Part shown: positions 56,249 to 64,000 of the stretch, piece by piece | How the letters are laid out: each line of letters starts with the position of its first letter | How positions within the stretch are numbered: position 1 is the first letter of the stretch | From: a virus | Taxonomy: Duplodnaviria; Caudoviricetes | IMG/VR virus record: IMGVR_UViG_2675903066_000001 | Span: 1 to 64,000 of that record | DNA: 64,000 bases | Reading direction: 5' to 3' (one strand) | Notes under the pieces: model-generated | Databases searched by the model: none | Told to the model about the DNA's origin: nothing | The model's input: only the letters and a program-made list of their open reading frames with translations | Position numbers and translations under genes: made by a program

Positions 56249-56580
56249 TCACTCTCCTGGCTTTGTCAGTGGTACCGCTTGCGCTTTTGGCGAGGTGTTA
56301 CGTGTGGTGTCCTCGCTTGGGGCTCGGTTCCGTTTCTGCTGGTTATTGCGGTCTCGGTGCCCTATTTGATCTTGTTTCGGACAGGCTGAACCGAGATCTC
56401 AACCATATCGTGAGCATGTCCTGTGTGTCCACTTTGGTGCGTACATACGTGACAGACGCGACACTCTTGCACGTGATTTCATGATCACCTTTAGTGATCG
56501 CTTTTTTGTCCAGCCCTGGGCGACATGGCGTACACGTTGGTACTGTTGCGACAATTACGCCACGAAAGAAGGACGCCACC

Positions 56581-57087
56581 GTGCCCACCCCACCGCAGAG
56601 GCCTGCCGACGCGGCACTCCTCCACCACCTCCGCACCCGGCGAGACGAGCTGCTGCCCGAAGTCCCTCTCAAGGCCATCGCCGACAAGGTCGCACGGACG
56701 GCGGGCTACAACTTCTACCCCAACAAGCTGCGCCGCATCGAAAGCGGCGAGACCAGTGCCAGCGATCTCGACTACGCCTGGGTTGCCTGGGCAGTCAACG
56801 CCACGCCCAACCAGGTCGAGGAAGTCGGCCGGCCCGAGGCCGCCCGCCTGCTTCGCGAGATCATCGACAAGCACTCCCCCAAGGACACCATCCTGTCCGC
56901 AGTGCTCGCTCCCGACGTAACCCCCGACGCCGTGCAAAAGCATCTCCGGCAGAAGCTTGAGGAGATCAGGTCGGCACCAAATTTCACGCCCGAGGAGCGG
57001 GCCAGCATGGAGGAGTTCCTCATCGCCCAGATCGAGCTTCTGCTCCAGAATGTTGGGCGTCAGATGGAGATGCTCCGCTCACGCTGA
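56581..57087 (+). CDS. Putative immunity repressor (XRE-like)
   Basis: LRTRRD...LKAIA...LRRIESG; divergent from the early operon; AAGGA RBS. Confidence 0.7.
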   Translation: MPTPPQRPADAALLHHLRTRRDELLPEVPLKAIADKVARTAGYNFYPNKLRRIESGETSASDLDYAWVAWAVNATPNQVEEVGRPEAARLLREIIDKHSPKDTILSAVLAPDVTPDAVQKHLRQKLEEIRSAPNFTPEERASMEEFLIAQIELLLQNVGRQMEMLRSR

Positions 57088-57097
57088 CCCGCAGAGA

Positions 57098-58057
57098 TCA
57101 GTTCAGCCAGTTACGCGCGGCATGGAAGATCAACGCTGGGCGGGAATCAACTTCCGCGAGGTCCCGCATCCGCTTGATCCGCCGCAGGATCGTCGACTTG
57201 GACACATCCATCAGCCGGGCCATCTGTTCGTCCGTCTGCCCTGCCACGATGTACTGCAGGATCGACATGTCGACCGGATCCAGCTCGGTGTGCTTATCGG
57301 CGGCGGCCAGGCGGGGATCGCGCAAGGGAACTGCCTCGTTCCAATGATGCTCGAACACTACGATCATGGATTCCAGCAATGACCCGCCACGGATGAGAAG
57401 CGTGGACATCTGATCCGGATATCCACGAGGCCACCTCGGCACCAACGCCTTCTCGCGGTCGGAGATGATCAGCTTGAACGGCAGACTCTTGGCCACCCTC
57501 ACGTCTGTGCCCAGTGCCACCACGTTCCGCAGCCCGGACATGGCGTTCTCATCGTCCAGCACCGCCTGCTCGTAGATGAAGCGACGCTTCGGCCGGCGCA
57601 CCGTGCCGTCCGGGTTGCGTCGCGCCGGGTCCCCCGGTGCATGCACCCTCGTAAGCGGGATGAACGGGTAAGTGGCGAACTGCATCACCTCTCGGTGTGC
57701 TCCGAGAGTGAGATCGTCGATCGCGGCCCCGACGCGCTGACGCGATTTGAGGACCTCCACGGGCGCGTTCGGGCCGTACTGAGTGTTCGCCTCGTACACC
57801 TCGCGCAGTTCTTCCGCCTGCAGCTTCAGACGCGCGAGGCTCACTTCCGCCTGTGCCACGACAGGCTGCAGAGCGAAGTCCGGGTGGCGCGCAGTGGCGG
57901 GTTCACCAACGACAAGTCCGACATCACGCAAGCGTTCGAGTGCGTACTCGGCGGGCAGACCGCCGAAACGTTCCAAAAGCTGCTGCGTCGACGTTGGGCC
58001 TTCCTCGATCAAGTAGATGTAGATCGAGGCCCCGGTGTCGCCGATCCCCATGGGCAC
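57098..58057 (-). CDS. TrmB-LuxR-type regulator (wHTH, PLD-like sensor, LuxR HTH)
   Basis: LPFKLIISDRE-ALVP, FEHHW--A, GQTDEQMAR-MDVSKSTILRRI; AAGGAG RBS. Confidence 0.88.
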   Translation of the reverse strand: MPMGIGDTGASIYIYLIEEGPTSTQQLLERFGGLPAEYALERLRDVGLVVGEPATARHPDFALQPVVAQAEVSLARLKLQAEELREVYEANTQYGPNAPVEVLKSRQRVGAAIDDLTLGAHREVMQFATYPFIPLTRVHAPGDPARRNPDGTVRRPKRRFIYEQAVLDDENAMSGLRNVVALGTDVRVAKSLPFKLIISDREKALVPRWPRGYPDQMSTLLIRGGSLLESMIVVFEHHWNEAVPLRDPRLAAADKHTELDPVDMSILQYIVAGQTDEQMARLMDVSKSTILRRIKRMRDLAEVDSRPALIFHAARNWLN

Positions 58058-58088
58058 GGCTTGATCTCCTTCGTTGCATCCCGGTTGG

Positions 58089-58349
58089 TTACAGCCGCGC
58101 CCGCGCTGGTTGGTGGAGCAGCGCGGCGGTGCTGCGTGCATGTTCCAGGCCGAAGCGGTAGGCCCGGCGCCAGGCCGCCACGGCGCGGTGGACCACGACC
58201 GCCAAGGTCGCGACTAGCACTGCTACGCCGGCCCACAGCAGGATGACCGCCCCGGTCATGCCGGAAAGGCCTGTTGCGATGGTGGCGGCGGCCACCGCGG
58301 CGGCCACCGAAGTGGCCGCCGCGGCGATGTACATGGTGAGCGTTTCCAA
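58089..58349 (-). CDS. Small 2-TM membrane protein
   Basis: Hydrophobic; AYRFG motif. Confidence 0.65.
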   Translation of the reverse strand: METLTMYIAAAATSVAAAVAAATIATGLSGMTGAVILLWAGVAVLVATLAVVVHRAVAAWRRAYRFGLEHARSTAALLHQPARARL

Positions 58350-58352
58350 GAT

Positions 58353-58727
58353 CTACCAGCCTCCGGCGTCGCTGTCGGCTGACGCCGAGACCTTGGTGGT
58401 GGTCACGGTGGTCGTCGACTCGGTGACGGTGCGGGTGATGGTCTTGCTGCCGTCAGGGTTGTAGACGGTCTGGATGGTCTCGGTCTTGGTGCGGGTGCCT
58501 GGCTTGGTGGTGCTGGTCGGCGTCGCGCTCGCCTCAGGGGTGGGCGGGTTGAGGGTGAGCTCCGCGGTGGGGGTGGGCTGCGCAGTGGCAGTCGCGCTTT
58601 CGGATGCGGACACGCTCGGCGAGGGAGAAGGGCTGACAGGGTCGGCCCAAGCAGAGGAAGAAGCGCTTACGGCGACGAGCAGAGCGGTGCCGGAGATAGC
58701 GAGGGCGGCGCGAAGACGCGTGATCAT
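58353..58727 (-). CDS. Secreted S/T/P-rich pro-peptide ending DSDAGGW
   Basis: Sec signal ending AWA-D; low-complexity body. Confidence 0.7.
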   Translation of the reverse strand: MITRLRAALAISGTALLVAVSASSSAWADPVSPSPSPSVSASESATATAQPTPTAELTLNPPTPEASATPTSTTKPGTRTKTETIQTVYNPDGSKTITRTVTESTTTVTTTKVSASADSDAGGW

Positions 58728-59052
58728 TGTCAAGAGCTGCTTTCAAAGCGAGATGGGTAGCGCGTAGGTGCGACACGGAAGCCGGATAGCGGTTTCCGCT
58801 TGGCTGGCATTACGCACCGTGCGCGTCGGAGCGATCCATGTAAATCCTTGAATGACGGGTATGTCCAGATGAACGGGTTGACACTTTAGACACATGACAC
58901 TTTGTTGTCACCGTCAGACAAGCCGGAAAGGAACCGTCCGTAACGATCGGGCATCAGCGGCGGTTCAGCAGTACCCCGGTGTTTCGCACCTGACCATGAC
59001 TGGCTAAGTTGACCACGGCCCTATCTGTGGGTTGACCCCCTAAGGAACGCAC

Positions 59053-59262
59053 ATGACACGCATCGCCGCGATCGCCATGAGCATTGTCTTCATCGTGGCG
59101 CTCATCGAGCACGCCCTAAAAGGCACTGCGCCCGCCATGCTCGTCGCCCTGGCCGCGCTCGCCATGGTGAGCGTCACCGCGACCGCGGCACTCGGCCGCC
59201 CCCGCCGCCTGGCCGGCCTCGCCTACCGCCGCGGCTATCAGGACGCCAGCCGGACGCCTTAG
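59053..59262 (+). CDS. Small 2-TM membrane protein
   Basis: TAAGGA RBS; AYRRG motif. Confidence 0.65.
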   Translation: MTRIAAIAMSIVFIVALIEHALKGTAPAMLVALAALAMVSVTATAALGRPRRLAGLAYRRGYQDASRTP

Positions 59263-59960
59263 CTCTCCTCGCGTTCCTTGACGAAGGTGCCCTTCGCGGC
59301 CACCGTCACGACCAGGCCCTGCTCCTGCAGCAGGGCGATCGCGGCCCGCACCACCTTTCGGGACATCTGGAACTGCTCAGCCAGCGCCACCTCTCCCGGC
59401 AGGCAGTCGCCCGGCATGTAGCGGCCGTCGCGGATCTGCGCGGCGATCGCCTCGGCCAGCTTCTCGCCCTTCGTCGCCTCTCGACGAACTTGCGTTCCCT
59501 CAGGGCCGACGAAACGGCCGTGCCGACCGCGTGAGTGGATCAGACCCTCCTGGCGCAGCTCCCGCAGAGCCGCGCGGATCGCCGGCGAGGACAGCTTGTA
59601 GGTGGCCATCAGCTCTGGCTCCTTGGGCAGCTGATCTCCTGCCTTCAAGGTGCCCTTCGCGATGCCTTCGCGAATGTCGTGCAGCATCCGCCCGGTCGCT
59701 GACATCGGCGGCGTACAGCCTTTGGGATCGGTGACGAACGAGCCGGAGCCTTGCACGGTGACGATCAAGCCCTTCCGCCTCAGGCGCTCGAGACCAGATC
59801 GGACGGCCGCGCGGCCGACGCCATACGCGGCTTGCAGGTACGGCTCGGACGGTAGCTGGTCACCTGGACGGAGTCTGCCCGCCTCGATATCGGCCAGCAC
59901 GCCAGTCGCGACGCGCTCCCCCGGCGTCATGGCGGGGGCCTCGTCGAGGGATGTGGTCAC
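59259..59960 (-). CDS. GntR-family protein with three tandem wHTH domains
   Basis: Three GD-LP-E...VR-A...GL...G-FV units. Confidence 0.88.
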   Translation of the reverse strand: MTTSLDEAPAMTPGERVATGVLADIEAGRLRPGDQLPSEPYLQAAYGVGRAAVRSGLERLRRKGLIVTVQGSGSFVTDPKGCTPPMSATGRMLHDIREGIAKGTLKAGDQLPKEPELMATYKLSSPAIRAALRELRQEGLIHSRGRHGRFVGPEGTQVRREATKGEKLAEAIAAQIRDGRYMPGDCLPGEVALAEQFQMSRKVVRAAIALLQEQGLVVTVAAKGTFVKEREES

Positions 59961-59998
59961 GCGACTACGGTACCCCCGACACCCGACAACAGGTACAC

Positions 59999-60475
59999 CT
60001 ATTGGGACGCGTTGGGTGGTTTTGGGTAGGTGCCCCGGCCCGGGACGGTGTAGACGACGTCCTGCTCGCGCAGAAGCCCGAGCGCCCGCCGCACCGTACC
60101 CTTGGCCACGCCGTACTCCTGGGAGAGCTGCGTCTCGGACGGCAGCGGTGTCTCCTCGCTGAACCGGCCGGCCCGGACCTTCGCGGCCAGGTCGTCGGCG
60201 ATCGACTGGAACTGCCAGCCGGCGCGGGCCTCCCGCGGTGCATTTTGCGGCCCGACGAACGAGCCTTCCCCTCGCACGGTATAGATCAGGCCCGCCTCGC
60301 GCAGCTCCTTGATGGCTCTGCGGGCGGTGATCCGTGCGACGCCATACTGCGCCATCAGCTCCGACTCCGAAGGGACCAACGCGCCCGGGCCCAGCTCGCC
60401 GTCATCGATGCGCTTGCGGAGCGCATCGGCGAGCTGGTCGTAGAGCGGCCGCGGGCCGCGCGGGTTGAGCTGCAC
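59999..60475 (-). CDS. GntR-family protein with two tandem wHTH domains
   Basis: PLYDQLAD, PSE-EL, GVA--T-RRA twice; TAGCGT 7 nt before GTG suggests a leaderless start. Confidence 0.88.
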   Translation of the reverse strand: MQLNPRGPRPLYDQLADALRKRIDDGELGPGALVPSESELMAQYGVARITARRAIKELREAGLIYTVRGEGSFVGPQNAPREARAGWQFQSIADDLAAKVRAGRFSEETPLPSETQLSQEYGVAKGTVRRALGLLREQDVVYTVPGRGTYPKPPNASQ

Positions 60476-60600
60476 GTCACGGACGCTAGATGTCCTGGTA
60501 CGTGCTCCCATCGGCGACTACATGTAGTTAGCAATTCTAATCCTTCTATTAAATCGTCTAGTACAAGCCCTAGACCGATAGGGACAGGTGCCATTACCGT

Positions 60601-60939
60601 GTGGATATGCCACCCAGAGACCACCACACCTCACGCATTCCGCCGGACAACACCGGGCTGCCTCAGGGCCTGGAGGAAGCCCTGGTTGTACTGGCTCACG
60701 ACATCTGCGTCTGCGGAAAGCCGATCGTCCTCATGGGAAACGGCAAGTACCGCTCCACTGAGTGGCAACTCGCCGTTGACCGGTTGAAATGCCTCATCAA
60801 CAGGTACCACCGGCCCGCCACGGAGGAAGACAAGGCCGCCCAGACAGCGCAGGTGCCCGCGCCCCATCAGTCGACGAGACGCATCCGGGTCACCGCACCC
60901 TGCAACCGTCCGACGCTTGGCGCGGGAGACTGGATGTGA
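60601..60939 (+). CDS. Hypothetical protein
   Basis: CVCGKP; divergent from the GntR genes. Confidence 0.5.
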   Translation: MDMPPRDHHTSRIPPDNTGLPQGLEEALVVLAHDICVCGKPIVLMGNGKYRSTEWQLAVDRLKCLINRYHRPATEEDKAAQTAQVPAPHQSTRRIRVTAPCNRPTLGAGDWM

Positions 60940-61652
60940 GCGGCTACACCATCATTCCCCAGGTCATTGCCTACAGCGGCGAGATCGTCGACGACCCGAT
61001 CATCTACGTACCGGACGACGGCACCGACCGAGGAGAGAGGCTCTCTTACCAGGACCCGAAGTCGTCCGACTACCTCAACGGTGTGCTGCGCGCCCGCGTG
61101 AAAACGAACCGGGCTGGTGTGGTCCGCATGCGCAAGCTGAACACCCGGCGGCAGTGGGCGTGCATGGATCACGGCATGTGCCAGGTGTGCGGCAAGTTCG
61201 CGCGCGATCCGCAGACGAAGCGCCTCTGGTGGCTGCTCGTGCCCCCGGTGTTCGAGCAGGTCGACGTCGACTCCGGCCGCACCAACGCGCCACCCATCTG
61301 CCAGACCTGCATCCCGTTCGCGCTGCGCGACTGCCCCATGCTGCTCAGGAACGTCACGTTGTGGTCGGTGGGCTGGACGGAGTCAGCCGGAGTGCTGGGC
61401 GACCTGTACCGGCCTAACGTCTGCGGCATCCCGCACCTGAAGCTCAAGAACGTGTTCGTCCCGTGGGACAACTTCCGCCGCCTGCCGGACACGCTCGCCA
61501 CGAGCCAGGTCCTGCTGCTGAAGGACATGCGGCAGCACGACCTCCCCGAGCCGGCGCCACCGGACCCCGAACCGATCCATCCTGTGGGGGTGCCTGAGCT
61601 GGCGTGGCCACCACCTCGCACCCAGGACCGCGCTTCCCCGCACAGGTCCTGA
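60936..61652 (+). CDS. Conserved actinobacterial Zn-binding hypothetical protein
   Basis: RQ--CM---MCQVCG, WWLL, PPICQTC-----RDCP-L. Confidence 0.7.
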   Translation: MSGYTIIPQVIAYSGEIVDDPIIYVPDDGTDRGERLSYQDPKSSDYLNGVLRARVKTNRAGVVRMRKLNTRRQWACMDHGMCQVCGKFARDPQTKRLWWLLVPPVFEQVDVDSGRTNAPPICQTCIPFALRDCPMLLRNVTLWSVGWTESAGVLGDLYRPNVCGIPHLKLKNVFVPWDNFRRLPDTLATSQVLLLKDMRQHDLPEPAPPDPEPIHPVGVPELAWPPPRTQDRASPHRS

Positions 61653-61703
61653 TGGGGTCCAGCCGCACGGTGCCCCGGTGGTGGCCACGCCACCCGGAAA
61701 CGA

Positions 61704-61739
61704 CGAAGGCCCTGATCCCAGATGGGATCAGGGCCTTCG
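61704..61739. terminator. Perfect hairpin between convergent genes
   Basis: cgaaggccctgatccca-ga-tgggatcagggccttcg. Confidence 0.8.
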
Positions 61740-61774
61740 CGATGAAGAACGGCCAACAGGCCAGTGATCAAAGC

Positions 61775-62239
61775 CTAGCCGATGGGCTTCGCGTTCGAGC
61801 GGGTCCGCGACAGAACGGGCATCGCGTCCCGCGTGACCTCGAACGCCGCCAGATACCCGCCGTCACTCTCGCTGATCAGCCCCACGCCGTAGTCGACGCC
61901 GCACGGCTGGCACCGTACCGAGAACTCCAGCCAAGCATCCGCCTTCAGGTGCGCCCACCGCGGGCAGCACGGCATCATCGACCACAGCATGCCGCCCCGC
62001 GCCAGCTCGGTGTACCGGTGGATGACGACTCCCTGGACCAGCTCGCGGTCCCCGATCGTCTTCGTCGGCCCGTACACGGTCGGCGTCGGGGCTTCGCTGG
62101 TCGACCAGGTCTTCGCGACGATCTCGTACCCGGCGCGTTCGATCGTGTCCTCCATCTGCCCGATCAACTGCTCGGGCTCCAGCGCGAGCTGGCCTGGGTC
62201 GCCCAGCAGCACGCGCAGGTCCTGCCGGTAGCCAGTCAT
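61775..62239 (-). CDS. Hypothetical protein
   Basis: GGAGG RBS, Cys motifs. Confidence 0.6.
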   Translation of the reverse strand: MTGYRQDLRVLLGDPGQLALEPEQLIGQMEDTIERAGYEIVAKTWSTSEAPTPTVYGPTKTIGDRELVQGVVIHRYTELARGGMLWSMMPCCPRWAHLKADAWLEFSVRCQPCGVDYGVGLISESDGGYLAAFEVTRDAMPVLSRTRSNAKPIG

Positions 62240-62655
62240 GCCACCTCCAACGCCGTGGCGTAGTGCGCGAGATACGTCTCGAGCCCATCGTCGTCGCCGG
62301 CGCGGCGGAAGTCCGGGCCGATGAAGCTCGTCATGAGCTTCGCCCCGCCGAGGAGAGTGGCGACCAACTCGGCCAACTGCTCGGGCGTCGGGAGCACGCG
62401 GTCACCGAACCAGGTCATCTTGTCGACCACGTCGAACGGGCTCTCGCCAGGGACGCACCTGCTGTACGCCCAGCCGCGCTCCTCATCCCAGTAGAACAGC
62501 CGGTCGCCGGGCGCCTCGTTCGGGTCGCCGAGGTGCAGCACGCCCGCGCGTATCGGGTCGTTCGTGGTCTGGAGCCCGTTGATCTCGACGCCTCGGGCGA
62601 TGACGGCGTTGCCGCACGCCTCCATGTACGGCTCGTGCAGGGTCTCGCCGATCAC
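62236..62655 (-). CDS. Hypothetical protein (DUF6292-like)
   Basis: WDEERGW, VLPTPEQLA. Confidence 0.6.
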   Translation of the reverse strand: MIGETLHEPYMEACGNAVIARGVEINGLQTTNDPIRAGVLHLGDPNEAPGDRLFYWDEERGWAYSRCVPGESPFDVVDKMTWFGDRVLPTPEQLAELVATLLGGAKLMTSFIGPDFRRAGDDDGLETYLAHYATALEVA

Positions 62656-62978
62656 TGCTGTCCCTCCGGGCGGTAGGTGATTTCTTCGCGGATCTGCGGC
62701 TTCCACGCGTCGACGTCGACGGCCTCCAGGTCGGACAGGACGCGCGACAGCAGCTGCTCCCACTCCTCGACGCGGGCCCGCTGAGAGACGGGGATGGGGT
62801 AGGAGGACGGGCCGTTGAGCTGTCCACGCAGCATTTCGACGGCCGAGCCGATGCGCGACCGGCACGTCTTGACCTCCGTGCCAGCGTGTACCATCGCGCC
62901 CCACGGGCGGCGCCTCTCGTGGAACTCCCGCTGTCCTTCGCCCGGCTGCTGCTGCTCGGGCAGCTTGCCCTTAGCCAC
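62652..62978 (-). CDS. Hypothetical protein
   Basis: GGAGGAG RBS. Confidence 0.55.
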   Translation of the reverse strand: MAKGKLPEQQQPGEGQREFHERRRPWGAMVHAGTEVKTCRSRIGSAVEMLRGQLNGPSSYPIPVSQRARVEEWEQLLSRVLSDLEAVDVDAWKPQIREEITYRPEGQQ

Positions 62979-63080
62979 GGTTCTTCTCCTCCAGGTACTT
63001 GGCGAGGCTGTTCGCCCACTCTCGCGGGATCTGCGCGCGCGCCTCGGACAGCAGTCGGGCCGGGTCCAATCTGCTGGACA

Positions 63081-63407
63081 TCACAGGCCTCCGTTCTGCT
63101 CGGCACGGAACTCTGCGGCGGCCGGCTCGCAGCACACCGGCTCACCGACGACCTGGCCCTCGTAGGCCTCGGGGTGCTCGGCGAGATCCGCCTCGGTGAC
63201 GGTCTCCCAGTCGTATCCGCAGAATGAGCACACGGCGCGCTTGTCGAACTCGACCTTGACGCCGCGCACGTGGTCGACGTGGCGGTGTGTGGCGGCCGCA
63301 ACCCTGTCGAGCAGGAGCAGAGTCGCAGCGTGGTCGCCGCGCGGGAGCACGTCTCGCAGGTCGGGCGTGATGACGAGACGGTAGTTGGAGTGGATCTCGC
63401 GTCTCAT
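63081..63407 (-). CDS. Hypothetical protein
   Basis: RHVD-V, CSFCG--W, CC motifs. Confidence 0.6.
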   Translation of the reverse strand: MRREIHSNYRLVITPDLRDVLPRGDHAATLLLLDRVAAATHRHVDHVRGVKVEFDKRAVCSFCGYDWETVTEADLAEHPEAYEGQVVGEPVCCEPAAAEFRAEQNGGL

Positions 63408-63667
63408 CGGCAGTGACCTTTCAAGGCGGCTTCCGCGCGCAGCCGCAGCAGCGCGTGGGCGATAGCGCCTACGGGGCCGCGGTGCTGGCCGCCCGCGTTG
63501 AAGTAGTCCTCGGCGGTTCGGCAGAGGAAGCGGAACTGCAGCTCGCCGTCGCTGTTGATGCACTGCTCACCATCGAGGGGCGGGCGCGCGGCCATCCTCT
63601 TCACAACGGGATCGAGCACGAGCTCGTCGACGGCGGACCGGTAGTGCGCGGGGGGCGGGGCGGTCAT
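63404..63667 (-). CDS. Hypothetical protein
   Basis: GGAGGA RBS, coupled. Confidence 0.55.
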   Translation of the reverse strand: MTAPPPAHYRSAVDELVLDPVVKRMAARPPLDGEQCINSDGELQFRFLCRTAEDYFNAGGQHRGPVGAIAHALLRLRAEAALKGHCR

Positions 63668-63888
63668 CAGTTTTCCTCCTGGTCGAGGGCCGCGCGCAGG
63701 GAGTGGACGAGCTTCTCGGCCTCGTCGAGGGCCATTTCGCTGAGGCTGCCGTCGAGGGTGCGGCCGCCGGGCAGCGGGTCGATGCAGATCGTGTTGCCGT
63801 CGTCGTGGCGGGAGACCGCGACCGGGCTTCCGGCGACGGTGTACTCGTACGGATCGCCGACCCGGCTCGCCGTGGCTCTGTGCTTCAT
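63667..63888 (-). CDS. Hypothetical protein
   Basis: GAAGGGA RBS, ATG 63888. Confidence 0.5.
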   Translation of the reverse strand: MKHRATASRVGDPYEYTVAGSPVAVSRHDDGNTICIDPLPGGRTLDGSLSEMALDEAEKLVHSLRAALDQEEN

Positions 63889-64000
63889 ACTGTCCCTTCC
63901 GAATGCGCTACCGCTTGCGCTTTCTATGCGTCTTCCGCTGCGTTCGCGTGTGCGTGTAGTCGGTGCTGTGGTGGTCGGAGAGCGCGCATCGCTCATCTCC

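Larger units (their letters stand above)
5817..64000. mobile_element. Temperate siphovirus-type prophage or phage-plasmid; ends not defined
   Basis: Ordered lysis-tail-head-terminase-replication-recombination-immunity modules. Confidence 0.93.

Overview
High-GC actinobacterial DNA; the gene repertoire suggests a Streptosporangiaceae/Streptomyces-like host. Positions ~5.8-64 kb hold a largely intact siphovirus-type temperate phage, read mostly on the minus strand. From left to right it carries lysis genes (holin, CHAP endolysin), a tail module with duplicated hub and fibre genes, tape measure, frameshifted tail chaperones, head-tail genes, capsid, scaffold, minor capsid, portal, a LamG cassette, terminase, ParB-N and a Dam methylase. 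Further right are a Xer-like recombinase with a dif-like site, replication initiator/HNH/J-domain genes, RuvC, RecT-like and YqaJ genes, and an immunity region with XRE, TrmB-LuxR and tandem-GntR regulators. The left 5 kb has a pentapeptide-repeat gene end, an XRE regulator and a complete ATP-grasp/PIMT RiPP (graspimiditide-type) cluster. No att site, boundary integrase, tRNA, CRISPR or reverse transcriptase was seen. The best leads are: (1) a tail FN3 domain split between genes, where two alternative fibres each start with the missing last beta-strand; (2) a secreted pro-peptide ending DSDAGGW, co-oriented with a TrmB-LuxR regulator beside the repressor, a candidate phage peptide-signalling system; (3) an uncalled 40-aa toxin-like peptide in a structured intergenic region; (4) repeated GT-to-AC skew flips centred on cis-acting sites. 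All family calls come from motif recognition by eye, not database searches.
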